Assembly (NCBI GenBank): GCA_043754535.1
Contig: JAYUUN010000072.1
Coordinates: 1-36,713, forward strand
DNA length: 36,713 bases
Direction: 5' to 3'
From: Chloroflexota bacterium
GTDB lineage: Bacteria > Chloroflexota > Chloroflexia > QHBQ01
A program made the translations under genes and the position numbers. How positions within the stretch are numbered: the first letter of the stretch is position 1; each line of letters begins with the position of its first letter. Below the pieces are notes generated by a model, which was not told the origin of the DNA, did not search any database, and saw only the letters and a list, made by a program, of their open reading frames with translations. Positions 17,270 to 26,120 of this stretch are shown piece after piece.

Positions 17270-17874
17270 GACTGCTCCTTTTCAACTTGTAGGGTTTGGA
17301 TGTAGTGGTGCAGGTGGCTGGCGGCTCTCTGCATATGGACGGGGTCGGAGTACAGCTTGCTGAGCATCAGTGCGCCTTCCAGGGTGGCGATCACCACGCT
17401 GGCGAGGGCGGCGGGGTCGCAGGTGGGGCGCAACTCTCCCACTGCTACCCCGCGCTCTATCACGCGGGCTACCATGCTTTGCAGGCTGTGCATCGCTGCC
17501 TGCGCCCGCTGACGCAAGGCTGGGTGGGCATCATCGCTCTCGATAGCACTGTTCATTACTGGGCAACCACCAGCCAGGAATGGAGCTTCTACGTAGTCGC
17601 AGAAGCCCTGGATGATCGCGGCCAAGCGATCCACCGCCCCCCGCTTGTCGCGCAAGCCAATGATGAAGTGCTGGCGAATTATAGCCACCGCGTGGTCGAA
17701 CGCTTCCAGGGCGAGCTGCTCTTTGCTGGCAAAGTGGTTGTAGAGACCACCCTTCTGCAAGCCGGTTGCCGCCATGATCGCGGCTAGCGGCGTGCTGAAG
17801 AAGCCGTGCTGGTTGAGCAGCGGGGCAGCCTGCGCGAGGATGCGCGCCCGCGTGTCCATCCCTTTGGTCATCAT
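17266..17874 (-). CDS. TetR/AcrR family regulator (LmrA/NemR-like C-terminus)
   Basis: HTH ...GLQKGGLYNHFASKEQL, GGCPVMN, LEGALM. Confidence 0.92.
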   Translation of the reverse strand: MMTKGMDTRARILAQAAPLLNQHGFFSTPLAAIMAATGLQKGGLYNHFASKEQLALEAFDHAVAIIRQHFIIGLRDKRGAVDRLAAIIQGFCDYVEAPFLAGGCPVMNSAIESDDAHPALRQRAQAAMHSLQSMVARVIERGVAVGELRPTCDPAALASVVIATLEGALMLSKLYSDPVHMQRAASHLHHYIQTLQVEKEQS

Positions 17875-17893
17875 CTACCCCCTGTTACCAATT

Positions 17894-17911
17894 ACAAACC
17901 ACTCGGTCTGT
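17894..17911. promoter_or_regulatory. Putative TetR operator
   Basis: Imperfect palindrome ACAAACC-N4-GGTCTGT just downstream of the tetR -10. Confidence 0.6.
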
Positions 17912-17917
17912 TTTTAC

Positions 17918-17946
17918 ATTATAGCACAGGCACCCTGTTTGCACAA
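17918..17946 (-). promoter_or_regulatory. sigma70 promoter of the tetR operon
   Basis: TTGTGC-N17-TATAAT with extended TG. Confidence 0.7.
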
Positions 17947-17995
17947 GGGGGCAAGCGCAGGTGGATGTTTGCGCTTGCCGAGAGCAACTAGCGAG

Positions 17996-18025
17996 TTGAC
18001 CACCTTCGCGCTGGCGTGCTATAAT
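17996..18025 (+). promoter_or_regulatory. sigma70 promoter
   Basis: TTGACC-N18-TATAAT with extended TG. Confidence 0.7.
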
Positions 18026-18111
18026 CAGGCCATAAAGTTGTGATCATTATTGCCAACAACCTAGCGGTACCATAGCGCGGTGCTGCACCTTTAGAGGGAG
18101 ACGAACTAGCA

Positions 18112-19275
18112 ATGTCCAGCCCCAACCAGCAACTCTACTGCGCCCGCTGTGGCACGCCAGCTATTCCTGGCGAACGCTTCTGTGGCGAGTGCGGCAACAA
18201 TCTGACCGCCCTAGGCAGCCTCAAGACCACGCCGGGGGTCAGCCCCAGCCCGACAGCAGCCCAAGCAGGCGAACCCTCGCGCTTCGACCCACCGCCAACC
18301 AATATCGCTGCCAGCCAGCAGCCCGGTATCCCCACCCAGCGGATGCCCCAGGGCGGGATGCCTACGGGCTACCAGCAGGTTGGCTACGGCCAACCGCCAG
18401 CCCCCCCTCCGGCCCGCAAGGGCGGCAGTCCCTTGCCTGCGATCATCGGTGGTGTGGGGCTACTGGCGGTGGCTGCGATCCTGGTCGTCGTCTTCGTGAT
18501 CAAGCCTGGAGGTAGCAGCAGCAACGCGACTGCCACCCCCAGTGCGCTTGCCCTGGCAACCAGCACTGCCACCGATAGCACGGTAATCCCCGACCGCCCA
18601 ACCTTCGTTGCTATCAGCAGGGCCACCACTACGCCTGGATCAAGCAGCAAGGCCACCGCCACCTCAGGATCAAGCACCATTGACAGCGGTGATGGCAAGA
18701 GCCTGGTAGACAGCACGGCACGCACCATGCGGGCTATGTCTGGCTATCACCTCAAGATCAACGCTATTGTCAGTAGCACAGCCACTGCAGGCACCCAGAA
18801 GCTAGTAATTGAGGGTGATTTCGCCAAAGACAAGTCGCAGTATGATTTTACCGTCGGCAGCCAGAAGATTATGGCCCGCTCCCTCGGCACTGACACCTAC
18901 CTCAGCCTTGATGATGGCACCACCTGGAACAAGAGCAGCACTGGCACTGGTGTGGAGTTCTTCACTCAAATCTTCGACCGCGACACCTTCGCCATTGGCT
19001 CTGACGACAAACTGGAGATGATCGGTACAGAGGACATTGAGGGGGTTAGTACCCGCCACGTGCGCGTCAACAGTATGGGCGACCGCAGCTTGCTTGGCGC
19101 GGGCTATACTGGTACCAGCGATTTCTGGATCGCTGATGACAACAAGTATGGTGACGTTGCCAAGCGTGTAGACCTCGATGTAAACAACAGCAGAGATGGT
19201 AGTAACACTAACATCAGTGTCATCTACAGTGAGTACAACAAATCCTTCAGCGTGGAGAAGCCGACGGTCAAGTAG
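18112..19275 (+). CDS. Zinc-ribbon single-pass membrane protein with a probable LppX/LprAFG (LolA-like) extracellular domain
   Basis: CARCG...FCGECG, P/Q linker, one TM, S/T linker, then a beta-rich domain (GTEDIEGVSTRH, FWI, YSEYNK..SVEKP). The C-terminal domain call is tentative. Confidence 0.75.
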   Translation: MSSPNQQLYCARCGTPAIPGERFCGECGNNLTALGSLKTTPGVSPSPTAAQAGEPSRFDPPPTNIAASQQPGIPTQRMPQGGMPTGYQQVGYGQPPAPPPARKGGSPLPAIIGGVGLLAVAAILVVVFVIKPGGSSSNATATPSALALATSTATDSTVIPDRPTFVAISRATTTPGSSSKATATSGSSTIDSGDGKSLVDSTARTMRAMSGYHLKINAIVSSTATAGTQKLVIEGDFAKDKSQYDFTVGSQKIMARSLGTDTYLSLDDGTTWNKSSTGTGVEFFTQIFDRDTFAIGSDDKLEMIGTEDIEGVSTRHVRVNSMGDRSLLGAGYTGTSDFWIADDNKYGDVAKRVDLDVNNSRDGSNTNISVIYSEYNKSFSVEKPTVK

Positions 19276-19299
19276 TGCCACCCTGGTGGGTAAGAGCAT

Positions 19300-19332
19300 G
19301 AAGGAGCGGGACGAGTTGCCCGCTCCTTCTTT
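19300..19332 (+). terminator. Intrinsic terminator
   Basis: GAAGGAGCGGG-N8-CCCGCTCCTTC followed by TTT. Confidence 0.8.
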
Positions 19333-19358
19333 GTGTCAGTCGGTTTGTGACCAGGCAA

Positions 19359-19388
19359 TTGACAAAGGGGCTGCTTTTGTGATATAAA
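19359..19388 (+). promoter_or_regulatory. sigma70 promoter of the methionine synthase operon
   Basis: TTGACA-N18-TATAAA with extended TG. Confidence 0.65.
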
Positions 19389-19467
19389 TTGCAAGCAAAC
19401 GAAATCCTGTGCGGCCTGCTGCCCTGGCCGCCTTATTTGTATCACCAGGTAATAGAGAAGGAGTCTC

Positions 19468-20526
19468 ATGCACACAACTGCGGTAGGTAACTACCCCAAA
19501 ATCGGCAACCGCCGTGATGAGGGGCAGCAAACAGGCGCGCCCGTCGCCTTCAACCCCAATGCCACCTCGATCACCACTGCGACCGCTACCGAGATCGCTA
19601 CCCTGCCCACCAATCTGCGCCGCGCTATCGCCCTCTTTGATGAGGGCAAGCTGACCGCCGAGCAACTTGCCGAGGTCAGCAGCAACGTCACCGCTGTGGT
19701 GATCAAGGAGCAGGAGGAGGCGGGTCTCGACCTTGTAACCGATGGTCACATCCGCTGGGCCGACGACCAGACTTACCTTGCCAACGGCATCGAAGGCTTT
19801 ACCGTCAGCGGCCTGATCCGCTACTTCGACAGCAACACCTACTACCGCCAGCCGGTCGCCAGCGGCAAGTTGACGCGCAAGGGTTCGATCCTGCTTAAGG
19901 ATTACCAGTACGCTGTGTCAGTCGCGAGCAAGCCGGTCAAGGTATCCTGCGACGGCCCTTACACGCTCGCCCGCCTCAGCCAGGACGAGTTCTACGGGGG
20001 GGACATCAAGGCTATGGCCCTCGACCTAGCGGCGATCCTCAACGCCGAGGCGAAGGAACTGCTCGACGCTGGCTGCCCGCTGGTGCAATTCGACGAGCCT
20101 AGTATCCTCCGCAACAAGGGCGATTGGGAGTTGTTCAAGGAAGTAATGACCCGCTTGACCGAGGGGCTGGACCAAGCCAAACTCGCCCTCTACACCTACT
20201 TCGGTGATGCGACTGGCCTGCATGGTTACTTCGACCTGCCCTTCGCTGTCTTCGGCCTCGACCTCACCCCCACCTACGGCAAGGCCAACTGGGGGCTGAT
20301 CAACGAGTTCCCCCAGCACAAGACGCTGGCCGCTGGTATCGTGGATGCGCGCAACACCAAGCTGGAGAGCGCAGAGCAGGTTGCCGAACTGATCGCCCGC
20401 CTGCCAGAGAACATCAACCGCGAAACCCTCTACATCAACCCCAACTCTGGGTTGGAGTTCCTGCCCCGTGAGCGCGCTCAAGAGAAGCTGGCGAACATGG
20501 TCAAGGGCGCGAAAGGAGTGCAGTAA
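19468..20526 (+). CDS. Cobalamin-independent methionine synthase, N-terminal-half-like subunit (split MetE)
   Basis: GNYPKIG, RYFDSNTYYRQP, VQFDEP, YTYFGD, AGIVDARN. Zn ligands absent (PNSGLEFLP in place of PDCG). Confidence 0.82.
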   Translation: MHTTAVGNYPKIGNRRDEGQQTGAPVAFNPNATSITTATATEIATLPTNLRRAIALFDEGKLTAEQLAEVSSNVTAVVIKEQEEAGLDLVTDGHIRWADDQTYLANGIEGFTVSGLIRYFDSNTYYRQPVASGKLTRKGSILLKDYQYAVSVASKPVKVSCDGPYTLARLSQDEFYGGDIKAMALDLAAILNAEAKELLDAGCPLVQFDEPSILRNKGDWELFKEVMTRLTEGLDQAKLALYTYFGDATGLHGYFDLPFAVFGLDLTPTYGKANWGLINEFPQHKTLAAGIVDARNTKLESAEQVAELIARLPENINRETLYINPNSGLEFLPRERAQEKLANMVKGAKGVQ

Positions 20527-20528
20527 AG

Positions 20529-21500
20529 ATGGCACAAGGACTTTTGACTACGAGCGTAGGTAGCTTCCCCAAGCCAGCCTACCTGCTAGAGGCCCGTAAT
20601 CGCTTTGCCAAGAAGCAAATCACCACTGAGGAATTGGCCGAGCTTGAGAAGCAAGCTACCCGCGAGTGGATCGACTTCCAGGAAGAACTGGGTATCGACA
20701 TTCTGGTTGACGGTGAGATGTACCGGGGCGACATGGCGACCTACTTCGCCGAGAAGCTGGCTGGCTTCGAGATCAGCGGCCTCGTCCGCAGCTACGGCAA
20801 CCGCTACTACCGCAAGCCGGTGGCTGTCGCCCCAATCCAGTGGCGCGAACCGATCAGCGTGGAGATGTTCAAGTACGCGCAGGGGCTGACCCAGAAGCCG
20901 GTCAAGGGGATGCTGACTGGCCCATACACGATGATGGATTGGTCGTTCAACGAGTACTACGCCGACCGTGAGGCTCTGGCGATGGCGTTGGCCGAGGCGA
21001 TCCACCAGGAAGCGGTTGAGTTGGAGCAGGCTGGTGCGCTCTACATCCAGATCGACGAACCCGCCGTCTCTACCCGCCCCGAAGAACTGGAACTGGCGAT
21101 CAAGGCGATGGCGGTGGTCACCAACGGCCTCAAGGCTCATACCTTGACCCACATCTGCTATGGCGACTTTGAGAAGATTTACCCGCGGATGTTGGACATT
21201 CCAGTAGACCAGATCGACCTTGAACTGGCGAATAGCAACTACGACCTGCTAGAACTTTTCAAGCAGAACACTTTCACCAAAGCTATTGGCCTGGGCGTGG
21301 TAGACGTACACCGCCACACGATGGAGACGCTGGAAGAAGTGAAGGAAGGCATCCGCCGCACCCTGGAAGTGATCCCAGCCGAGCGCATCTACGTTGACCC
21401 CGACTGCGGTCTCAAGACCCGTACGGTGGAGGAGGCGAAGGAGAAGATGCGGATCGTCGCCGAAGCCACCCGCCAGGTCAGGGCCGAACTCGCCCGCTAG
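20529..21500 (+). CDS. metE: Cobalamin-independent methionine synthase, catalytic C-terminal-half subunit
   Basis: TTSVGSFP, DGEMYRGDM, SYGNR, KGMLTGP.T...WSF, IQIDEP, THICYG, DLE, PDCGLKTR (His/Cys/Glu/Cys Zn site). Confidence 0.9.
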   Translation: MAQGLLTTSVGSFPKPAYLLEARNRFAKKQITTEELAELEKQATREWIDFQEELGIDILVDGEMYRGDMATYFAEKLAGFEISGLVRSYGNRYYRKPVAVAPIQWREPISVEMFKYAQGLTQKPVKGMLTGPYTMMDWSFNEYYADREALAMALAEAIHQEAVELEQAGALYIQIDEPAVSTRPEELELAIKAMAVVTNGLKAHTLTHICYGDFEKIYPRMLDIPVDQIDLELANSNYDLLELFKQNTFTKAIGLGVVDVHRHTMETLEEVKEGIRRTLEVIPAERIYVDPDCGLKTRTVEEAKEKMRIVAEATRQVRAELAR

Positions 21501-21510
21501 GAGCTAGCCC

Positions 21511-21729
21511 ATGCCCCAGAGCGTAATTATCTATACCCGCCGCGACTCGACACGCAGCGAGGCAGTGCGGAAGCAGTACCGCAAGAAGAACGTAATCTTT
21601 GAGGAGCGGGCCATAGAGAAGAACCGCCAGTGGGCCGAAGATGCTTTCGACCTGAGCGGCCAGCCTGGTCTACCCGTGATCGTCGAAGACGGACGGGTGC
21701 TGATCGGCCTCAATGGCGAGACCGACTAG
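21511..21729 (+). CDS. Glutaredoxin/NrdH-like small protein lacking cysteines
   Basis: VIIYT..., FEE, SGQ.GLPVIVEDGRVLIG pattern. STRS at the CxxC position. AGGAG SD. Confidence 0.75.
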   Translation: MPQSVIIYTRRDSTRSEAVRKQYRKKNVIFEERAIEKNRQWAEDAFDLSGQPGLPVIVEDGRVLIGLNGETD

Positions 21730-21756
21730 CCAGCCCCAGTGAGCAAGGGCAGCCCA

Positions 21757-21810
21757 AAGCAGAGAGCCACCCGTCCGCGCACTAGCCGCAGGCGGCGTGG
21801 CTTTCTGCTT
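21757..21810. terminator. Long hairpin between convergent genes (probable bidirectional terminator)
   Basis: AAGCAGAGAGCCAC...GTGGCTTTCTGCTT. Confidence 0.65.
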
Positions 21811-21830
21811 GTAAGGTCAATGGCTCCCAG

Positions 21831-23159
21831 CTACCACTCCTGGATGATCCGCAACTGCCACATCTGGGGGCGGAAGGTGGCGATCAACGCAACGAACACG
21901 AAGCAGACGATAGCCCCCACGCCGAGAGCGGCTGGCGCACCAAAGTTCTCTGCCACTGCTCCAGCTTGGATGCTGCCGAAAGGGACGAGGCCCATGTTGC
22001 AGAGCGTCCAGATGCTCAGCACCCGCCCCCGCAACTCGCCAGGCACAGTAGACTGCAAAATAGTGTTGCCGTTAGCCATAAAAGTGATCATCCCACCACC
22101 TTGCACCACCAGGGCCAGCATCGAGAACCACATCTCCTGCGATTGCGAGAAGGCAAAGAGCGCGACCGAGAAGGTGAAGAAGCCGAGAACGGCCAGCCGC
22201 CCCTTGTTAGGGTAGTCGCTCATCCGCGCCAGGGTCAGTGCGCCAGCGGTTGCGCCCACCCCCATACTGGTCATCAACCAACCCTGCCCTCCAATCCCCT
22301 GGTGCAGAACATCGCGGGCCATCACTGGCATCAGGGCAGCGTAGGGGAAGGCGAAGATGGTTAGCATCCCGGCCATACCGACGAGGGTAAGCAGGTCGGG
22401 GTGCTGGCGCAGGTAGCTGAAGCCTTCGCGCAGGTTCGCCAACGCACTACCAGTTGCCAGCTTCGGCTTGGCTACAGCAGGGATGCGTAGGATCAGCAGA
22501 GAGGCGATTACCGCCAGGTAGCTGAAACCGTTGACCAGGAAGCAGCCCGCTAGCCCTACCGCCGCCGCCAGCAACACGGCAATCGTTGGCCCGATCAGGC
22601 GGCTAAGATTGAACTGGGTCGAGTTGAGGGCAATCGCGTTGGTCAAATCCTCCCTACCTACCAGTTCGCTCGTCAGCGACATATAGGACGGCGCATTGAA
22701 GGCGGTAGCGGTGCCAATGATTGAGCTGAGGGCAATAATGTGCCAGATGTTGATCATCGCCCCGAAGGTGAGCAGCGACATGATCAGGATGCAGGCCATC
22801 ATCACCGACTGGGTAAGCAGCAGCACCTTGCGCTTCTCCAGCCGGTCGGCCAGCAGCCCACCTGCCAGACTGAACAGGAGGATGGGCAGCGAGTTGGCGA
22901 AGCTGACCAGCCCGACCATGAAGGGCGAGTTAGTTAGCTGGTAGACAAGGTAGCCCTGGGCGACATTCTGTATCCAGTTACCAATATTCGAGGTGAACAC
23001 CCCTGCCCAAAAGAGGCGGTAGTTACGGTGACGCATCGCCCGGAAGGTTTCGGGCAGCCACAACCAATCGATATCATCCTTCAGACTATCGTTAGCCGCT
23101 TTAAGCGCGACCGGCTCCAGTTTGGCAAGCTCCAACGTACGTTCAGCAACAACTTTCAT
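21831..23159 (-). CDS. MFS transporter (DHA3/MFS_3-like)
   Basis: RHRNYRLFW, SNIGNWIQ, GLLADRLEKRK (motif A), NAIALNS..FN..RLIGP, LRGRV; 12 TM. Confidence 0.9.
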   Translation of the reverse strand: MKVVAERTLELAKLEPVALKAANDSLKDDIDWLWLPETFRAMRHRNYRLFWAGVFTSNIGNWIQNVAQGYLVYQLTNSPFMVGLVSFANSLPILLFSLAGGLLADRLEKRKVLLLTQSVMMACILIMSLLTFGAMINIWHIIALSSIIGTATAFNAPSYMSLTSELVGREDLTNAIALNSTQFNLSRLIGPTIAVLLAAAVGLAGCFLVNGFSYLAVIASLLILRIPAVAKPKLATGSALANLREGFSYLRQHPDLLTLVGMAGMLTIFAFPYAALMPVMARDVLHQGIGGQGWLMTSMGVGATAGALTLARMSDYPNKGRLAVLGFFTFSVALFAFSQSQEMWFSMLALVVQGGGMITFMANGNTILQSTVPGELRGRVLSIWTLCNMGLVPFGSIQAGAVAENFGAPAALGVGAIVCFVFVALIATFRPQMWQLRIIQEW

Positions 23160-23184
23160 AAGATATATGTCTAACCCCCAAAAG

Positions 23185-23213
23185 ATTATAACGCAGATGG
23201 GGGCTGGATGCAA
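23185..23213 (-). promoter_or_regulatory. sigma70 promoter of the MFS gene
   Basis: TTGCAT-N17-TATAAT. Confidence 0.7.
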
Positions 23214-23313
23214 GTTCCGGGCCGTGGCAGCCAGTGTTAACCACTCGCCCAGGCGAAGTCACTCTGCTTCAGCCAATGTGCTGGGTAGGAATAGAGCAGG
23301 TAGCCTGGCCGCT

Positions 23314-24117
23314 CTAACCAAGCAGCAGGTCGCGGTGGGCAAACAGATAGCGGGCGAGAGCAAGGCCACCGACCACATAGGCGAGGGCAGCAGCGACTGC
23401 GATCCCCGTCCAGGGCTGGAAGTGTGCCGTGCGGCAGAGGTCGTAGAGGGCGAGGATGGGAAAGAGAAGTGCGCCGAAGGGCTGGCCGACCACCTTCAGG
23501 CTGGCGGGCATATCGGGGCTGAAGCTGTAGAGGCTGAAGGCAACCAGGCTAACCAGCAGCAGCAGCAGCCAGCGTGGGCTAACCAGCGGCATCACCAGGG
23601 CGGTCAGGGTGGCAACCACTGCGCAGGCGAGCAACATTGCCAGTCCCGCTAGCAGCAACACCAGCACGCTGCACCAGCCCAGCCCCAGCGTCTGGCCCAG
23701 GCTACCAAGCGCGGATTGCATCTGCACAAGGGCGAGATCGAGGCCACGAGGGCGCACCAGGGCAAGGTACTGGAAGCCAAGCAGGTAGCAGGTGATCCAG
23801 CCCCAAAGCAGCCAGATCGGCAGCATGGCCGCCAGCAGGTTGCCGAGCAGGTAGGGGGTGCGCGTCCGCAGGCGGGCGATCACGGGGTAGGCGGTATTCT
23901 GCGCCGCCGCCCGGAAGACGAGGCTGGTCGTCAGCACCGTCTGCGCGATCAGGTAGCCACCGATCATCGTGCCATAAAAGTCCACATCGGCCTTGTAGCA
24001 GTCTTTGAACAGGAAGGTAATGACGGCGATAGCGGGTAGCAGAGCAAGCAGGAATTGCCAGCTACGTAGTTGCTTCGCCAGGGCGTGGTTGGCGATCAAG
24101 CGGGTCTGCCGCATCAT
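23314..24117 (-). CDS. Probable ABC-2 type permease
   Basis: About 6 TM segments, ATGA overlap with the ABC ATPase, and a C-terminal F..RDL motif. Confidence 0.7.
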   Translation of the reverse strand: MMRQTRLIANHALAKQLRSWQFLLALLPAIAVITFLFKDCYKADVDFYGTMIGGYLIAQTVLTTSLVFRAAAQNTAYPVIARLRTRTPYLLGNLLAAMLPIWLLWGWITCYLLGFQYLALVRPRGLDLALVQMQSALGSLGQTLGLGWCSVLVLLLAGLAMLLACAVVATLTALVMPLVSPRWLLLLLVSLVAFSLYSFSPDMPASLKVVGQPFGALLFPILALYDLCRTAHFQPWTGIAVAAALAYVVGGLALARYLFAHRDLLLG

Positions 24118-25121
24118 CGGCGGCTCCTCCCTTTGCCCAGCGGTTCAAGGAAGCGCGGTTGCCCGTTGCTGGGGGTGGTCGGTTGGGCGGCAGGCTGGCG
24201 ATAGCTACCCCGACTCACTTGCAGGTACAGTTCTTCCAGCGTACGACGCACTGGATTGAGGGCGACCACTACTACTCCCGCCGCGAGCAGCTGCCGCAGG
24301 GCAGGTTGGCTCTGGCGGACGGGGAGCAGCAGTTGCGGCCCCATTATGGTCAGCCCTTCGCCGAAGCTGGCCCGCAATTGCGCTGCTACCTCGTTGGGCA
24401 AAGCCGCGACGGTAATCCCCACCTGCTCACCGCTGTCCAGCAGGCTGGCGACTGTGCCACTAACCACTACCTGCCCGCGCCGTAGGATCGCCACCTCATC
24501 ACACAAGTCCTCCACTTCGGCTAGCTGATGCGAGGCAAGTAGCATGGTAATGCCCTCGTCGCGCAAGCGGTGCAAAATAGCGCGTACCTCCCACTGACCA
24601 CCGGGGTCAAGGCCGCTAGTTGGCTCGTCCACGATCAGTGCGGCAGGCTGGTTGAGCAGGGCAGCAGCGATGCCCACCCTTTGGCTCATCCCCTTCGAGT
24701 AGGTGGCGATGCGGCGTTCCGCTGCGTTGCTCAGGCTGACGAGAGCCAGCAGTGTCGTTACCCTGCGGGCCAGCCCTCCCCGCTCAATCCCACTCAGGCG
24801 GCCCAGGTAGGTCAGGTACTCGCGGGCAGTAAAGGCACGTTCGTACTGCGGTTGCTCTGGCAGGTAGCCGACCCGTAGGCGGCCCGCACCAAGATCGTCG
24901 CTACCAAACAGGCGAATCTGGCCTGCACTGGCGAAGGTAAAGCCAAGTAGTAGCTTGACCAGGCTGCTCTTACCTGCGCCATTCTCGCCCAGCACTGCCA
25001 GGCTGCCGCCCACTGGCACGCTCAGGCTAACCCCATTGAGGGCCATTATGTCACCATAAGCCTTGCTCAGGTTGACACACTCAATCGCTACTGGCTGCTT
25101 GTCTGTTGCTGCCTGTTCCAT
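24114..25121 (-). CDS. ABC transporter ATP-binding protein
   Basis: GENGAGKS, YSKGM, LIVDEPTSGLDP, SH. Start at ATG 25121, 6 nt after a TACACT -10. Confidence 0.9.
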   Translation of the reverse strand: MEQAATDKQPVAIECVNLSKAYGDIMALNGVSLSVPVGGSLAVLGENGAGKSSLVKLLLGFTFASAGQIRLFGSDDLGAGRLRVGYLPEQPQYERAFTAREYLTYLGRLSGIERGGLARRVTTLLALVSLSNAAERRIATYSKGMSQRVGIAAALLNQPAALIVDEPTSGLDPGGQWEVRAILHRLRDEGITMLLASHQLAEVEDLCDEVAILRRGQVVVSGTVASLLDSGEQVGITVAALPNEVAAQLRASFGEGLTIMGPQLLLPVRQSQPALRQLLAAGVVVVALNPVRRTLEELYLQVSRGSYRQPAAQPTTPSNGQPRFLEPLGKGRSRR

Positions 25122-25186
25122 GCCCGCAGTGTAGGGCAGGCGGCTGCCAACCGGCAAGCGAAACGCGATTAAGAGGCGATTAGAAG

Positions 25187-26119
25187 CTACTTCGCCAACT
25201 GCTGGTCAAGGAAGCTATACAACGTACTCATGTACAACTCTGGGTTGTCGTTGTAGGTTTTGACGTGCTGGCCTGCCTTGAGGATCAGCAGCTTGCTGTC
25301 AGGGTTGCTGCTGGCTGCCTTTAGCCGCTCGGCATTGTCGGGGGTAATAAAGGTGTCGCCGGTGCCGTGGAAGAAAAGGAAGGCGCGTTTAGGCAGAGCG
25401 CGTACCGCATCTTCTGGCTTGAGGTCTGCGTTCATGCCAAAGACGGGGCCAGCCAGCAAGATCGCGCTGTTCATGAAGTTGGGCAGGTTAGTGCGTTTTG
25501 GTAGCTCGCGTTCCAGGATCGGGCGCAGGTAGGAGAAGGTGCTGTCGATCACGATAGCCCCCACATCGGTCATCCGATTAGCCGCTTCGATCAGCGAGGC
25601 TGCGCCCATGCTGACCCCCAGGAAGGTCATCGTGTGAGGATCGTAGCTACGCGCCTTCATGAAGTCGTAGGCACCCAGCACGTCGCTATCCTCTTTGTTG
25701 CCGATGGTGAAGCGGTCACCCTGGCTCTCGCCGCAGGAGCGCAGGTCGAACATCAGCACATCGTAGCCGTGGGCCAGCAGATCGTTGGCAATGCCTTCAA
25801 AGCCAACCTCGATGCGGTTGCCCATCCAGCCATGCACAAAAACGAAGCTGCGCCCAGTCGGGTTGGCGGCCTTGAACACCCAGCCTTTGAGCAGCAACCC
25901 AGATTCGCGGCTGTTAAAGCTGACGCTCTCGCGCACGGTAGGTAGCTTTGCAGACAGAGCCTGGTCAATCGGCTTGTGGTTGCCAGTAGTCATCACTGAG
26001 GCGGCGTAAACGCTGATGCCCGTGACAGCAAGCAGGGCTACGACCAGGAGAGCGAGCAGCAGGCGCACGATGCGGCTAGCCAAGCTGCGCTGGGGACGAG
26101 AGTTGCGGGTACTAACTAT
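25187..26119 (-). CDS. Membrane-anchored alpha/beta hydrolase
   Basis: N-terminal TM, VHGW, GVSMG nucleophile elbow, HGTGD, His. Start uncertain: ATA 26119 behind AGGAG, or TTG 26083. Confidence 0.85.
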   Translation of the reverse strand: MVSTRNSRPQRSLASRIVRLLLALLVVALLAVTGISVYAASVMTTGNHKPIDQALSAKLPTVRESVSFNSRESGLLLKGWVFKAANPTGRSFVFVHGWMGNRIEVGFEGIANDLLAHGYDVLMFDLRSCGESQGDRFTIGNKEDSDVLGAYDFMKARSYDPHTMTFLGVSMGAASLIEAANRMTDVGAIVIDSTFSYLRPILERELPKRTNLPNFMNSAILLAGPVFGMNADLKPEDAVRALPKRAFLFFHGTGDTFITPDNAERLKAASSNPDSKLLILKAGQHVKTYNDNPELYMSTLYSFLDQQLAK

Positions 26120-26120
26120 A

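Noticed and set aside
19389..19467. SAM/SAH/cobalamin riboswitch before the MetE genes
   Set aside because: The leader is only ~75 nt with one GCGGCC/GGCCGC hairpin. I could not see the consensus of any known class; an Rfam scan would settle it.
21700..21760. Selenocysteine recoding of the glutaredoxin-like gene
   Set aside because: The ORF ends in TAG and has no in-frame TGA before it.
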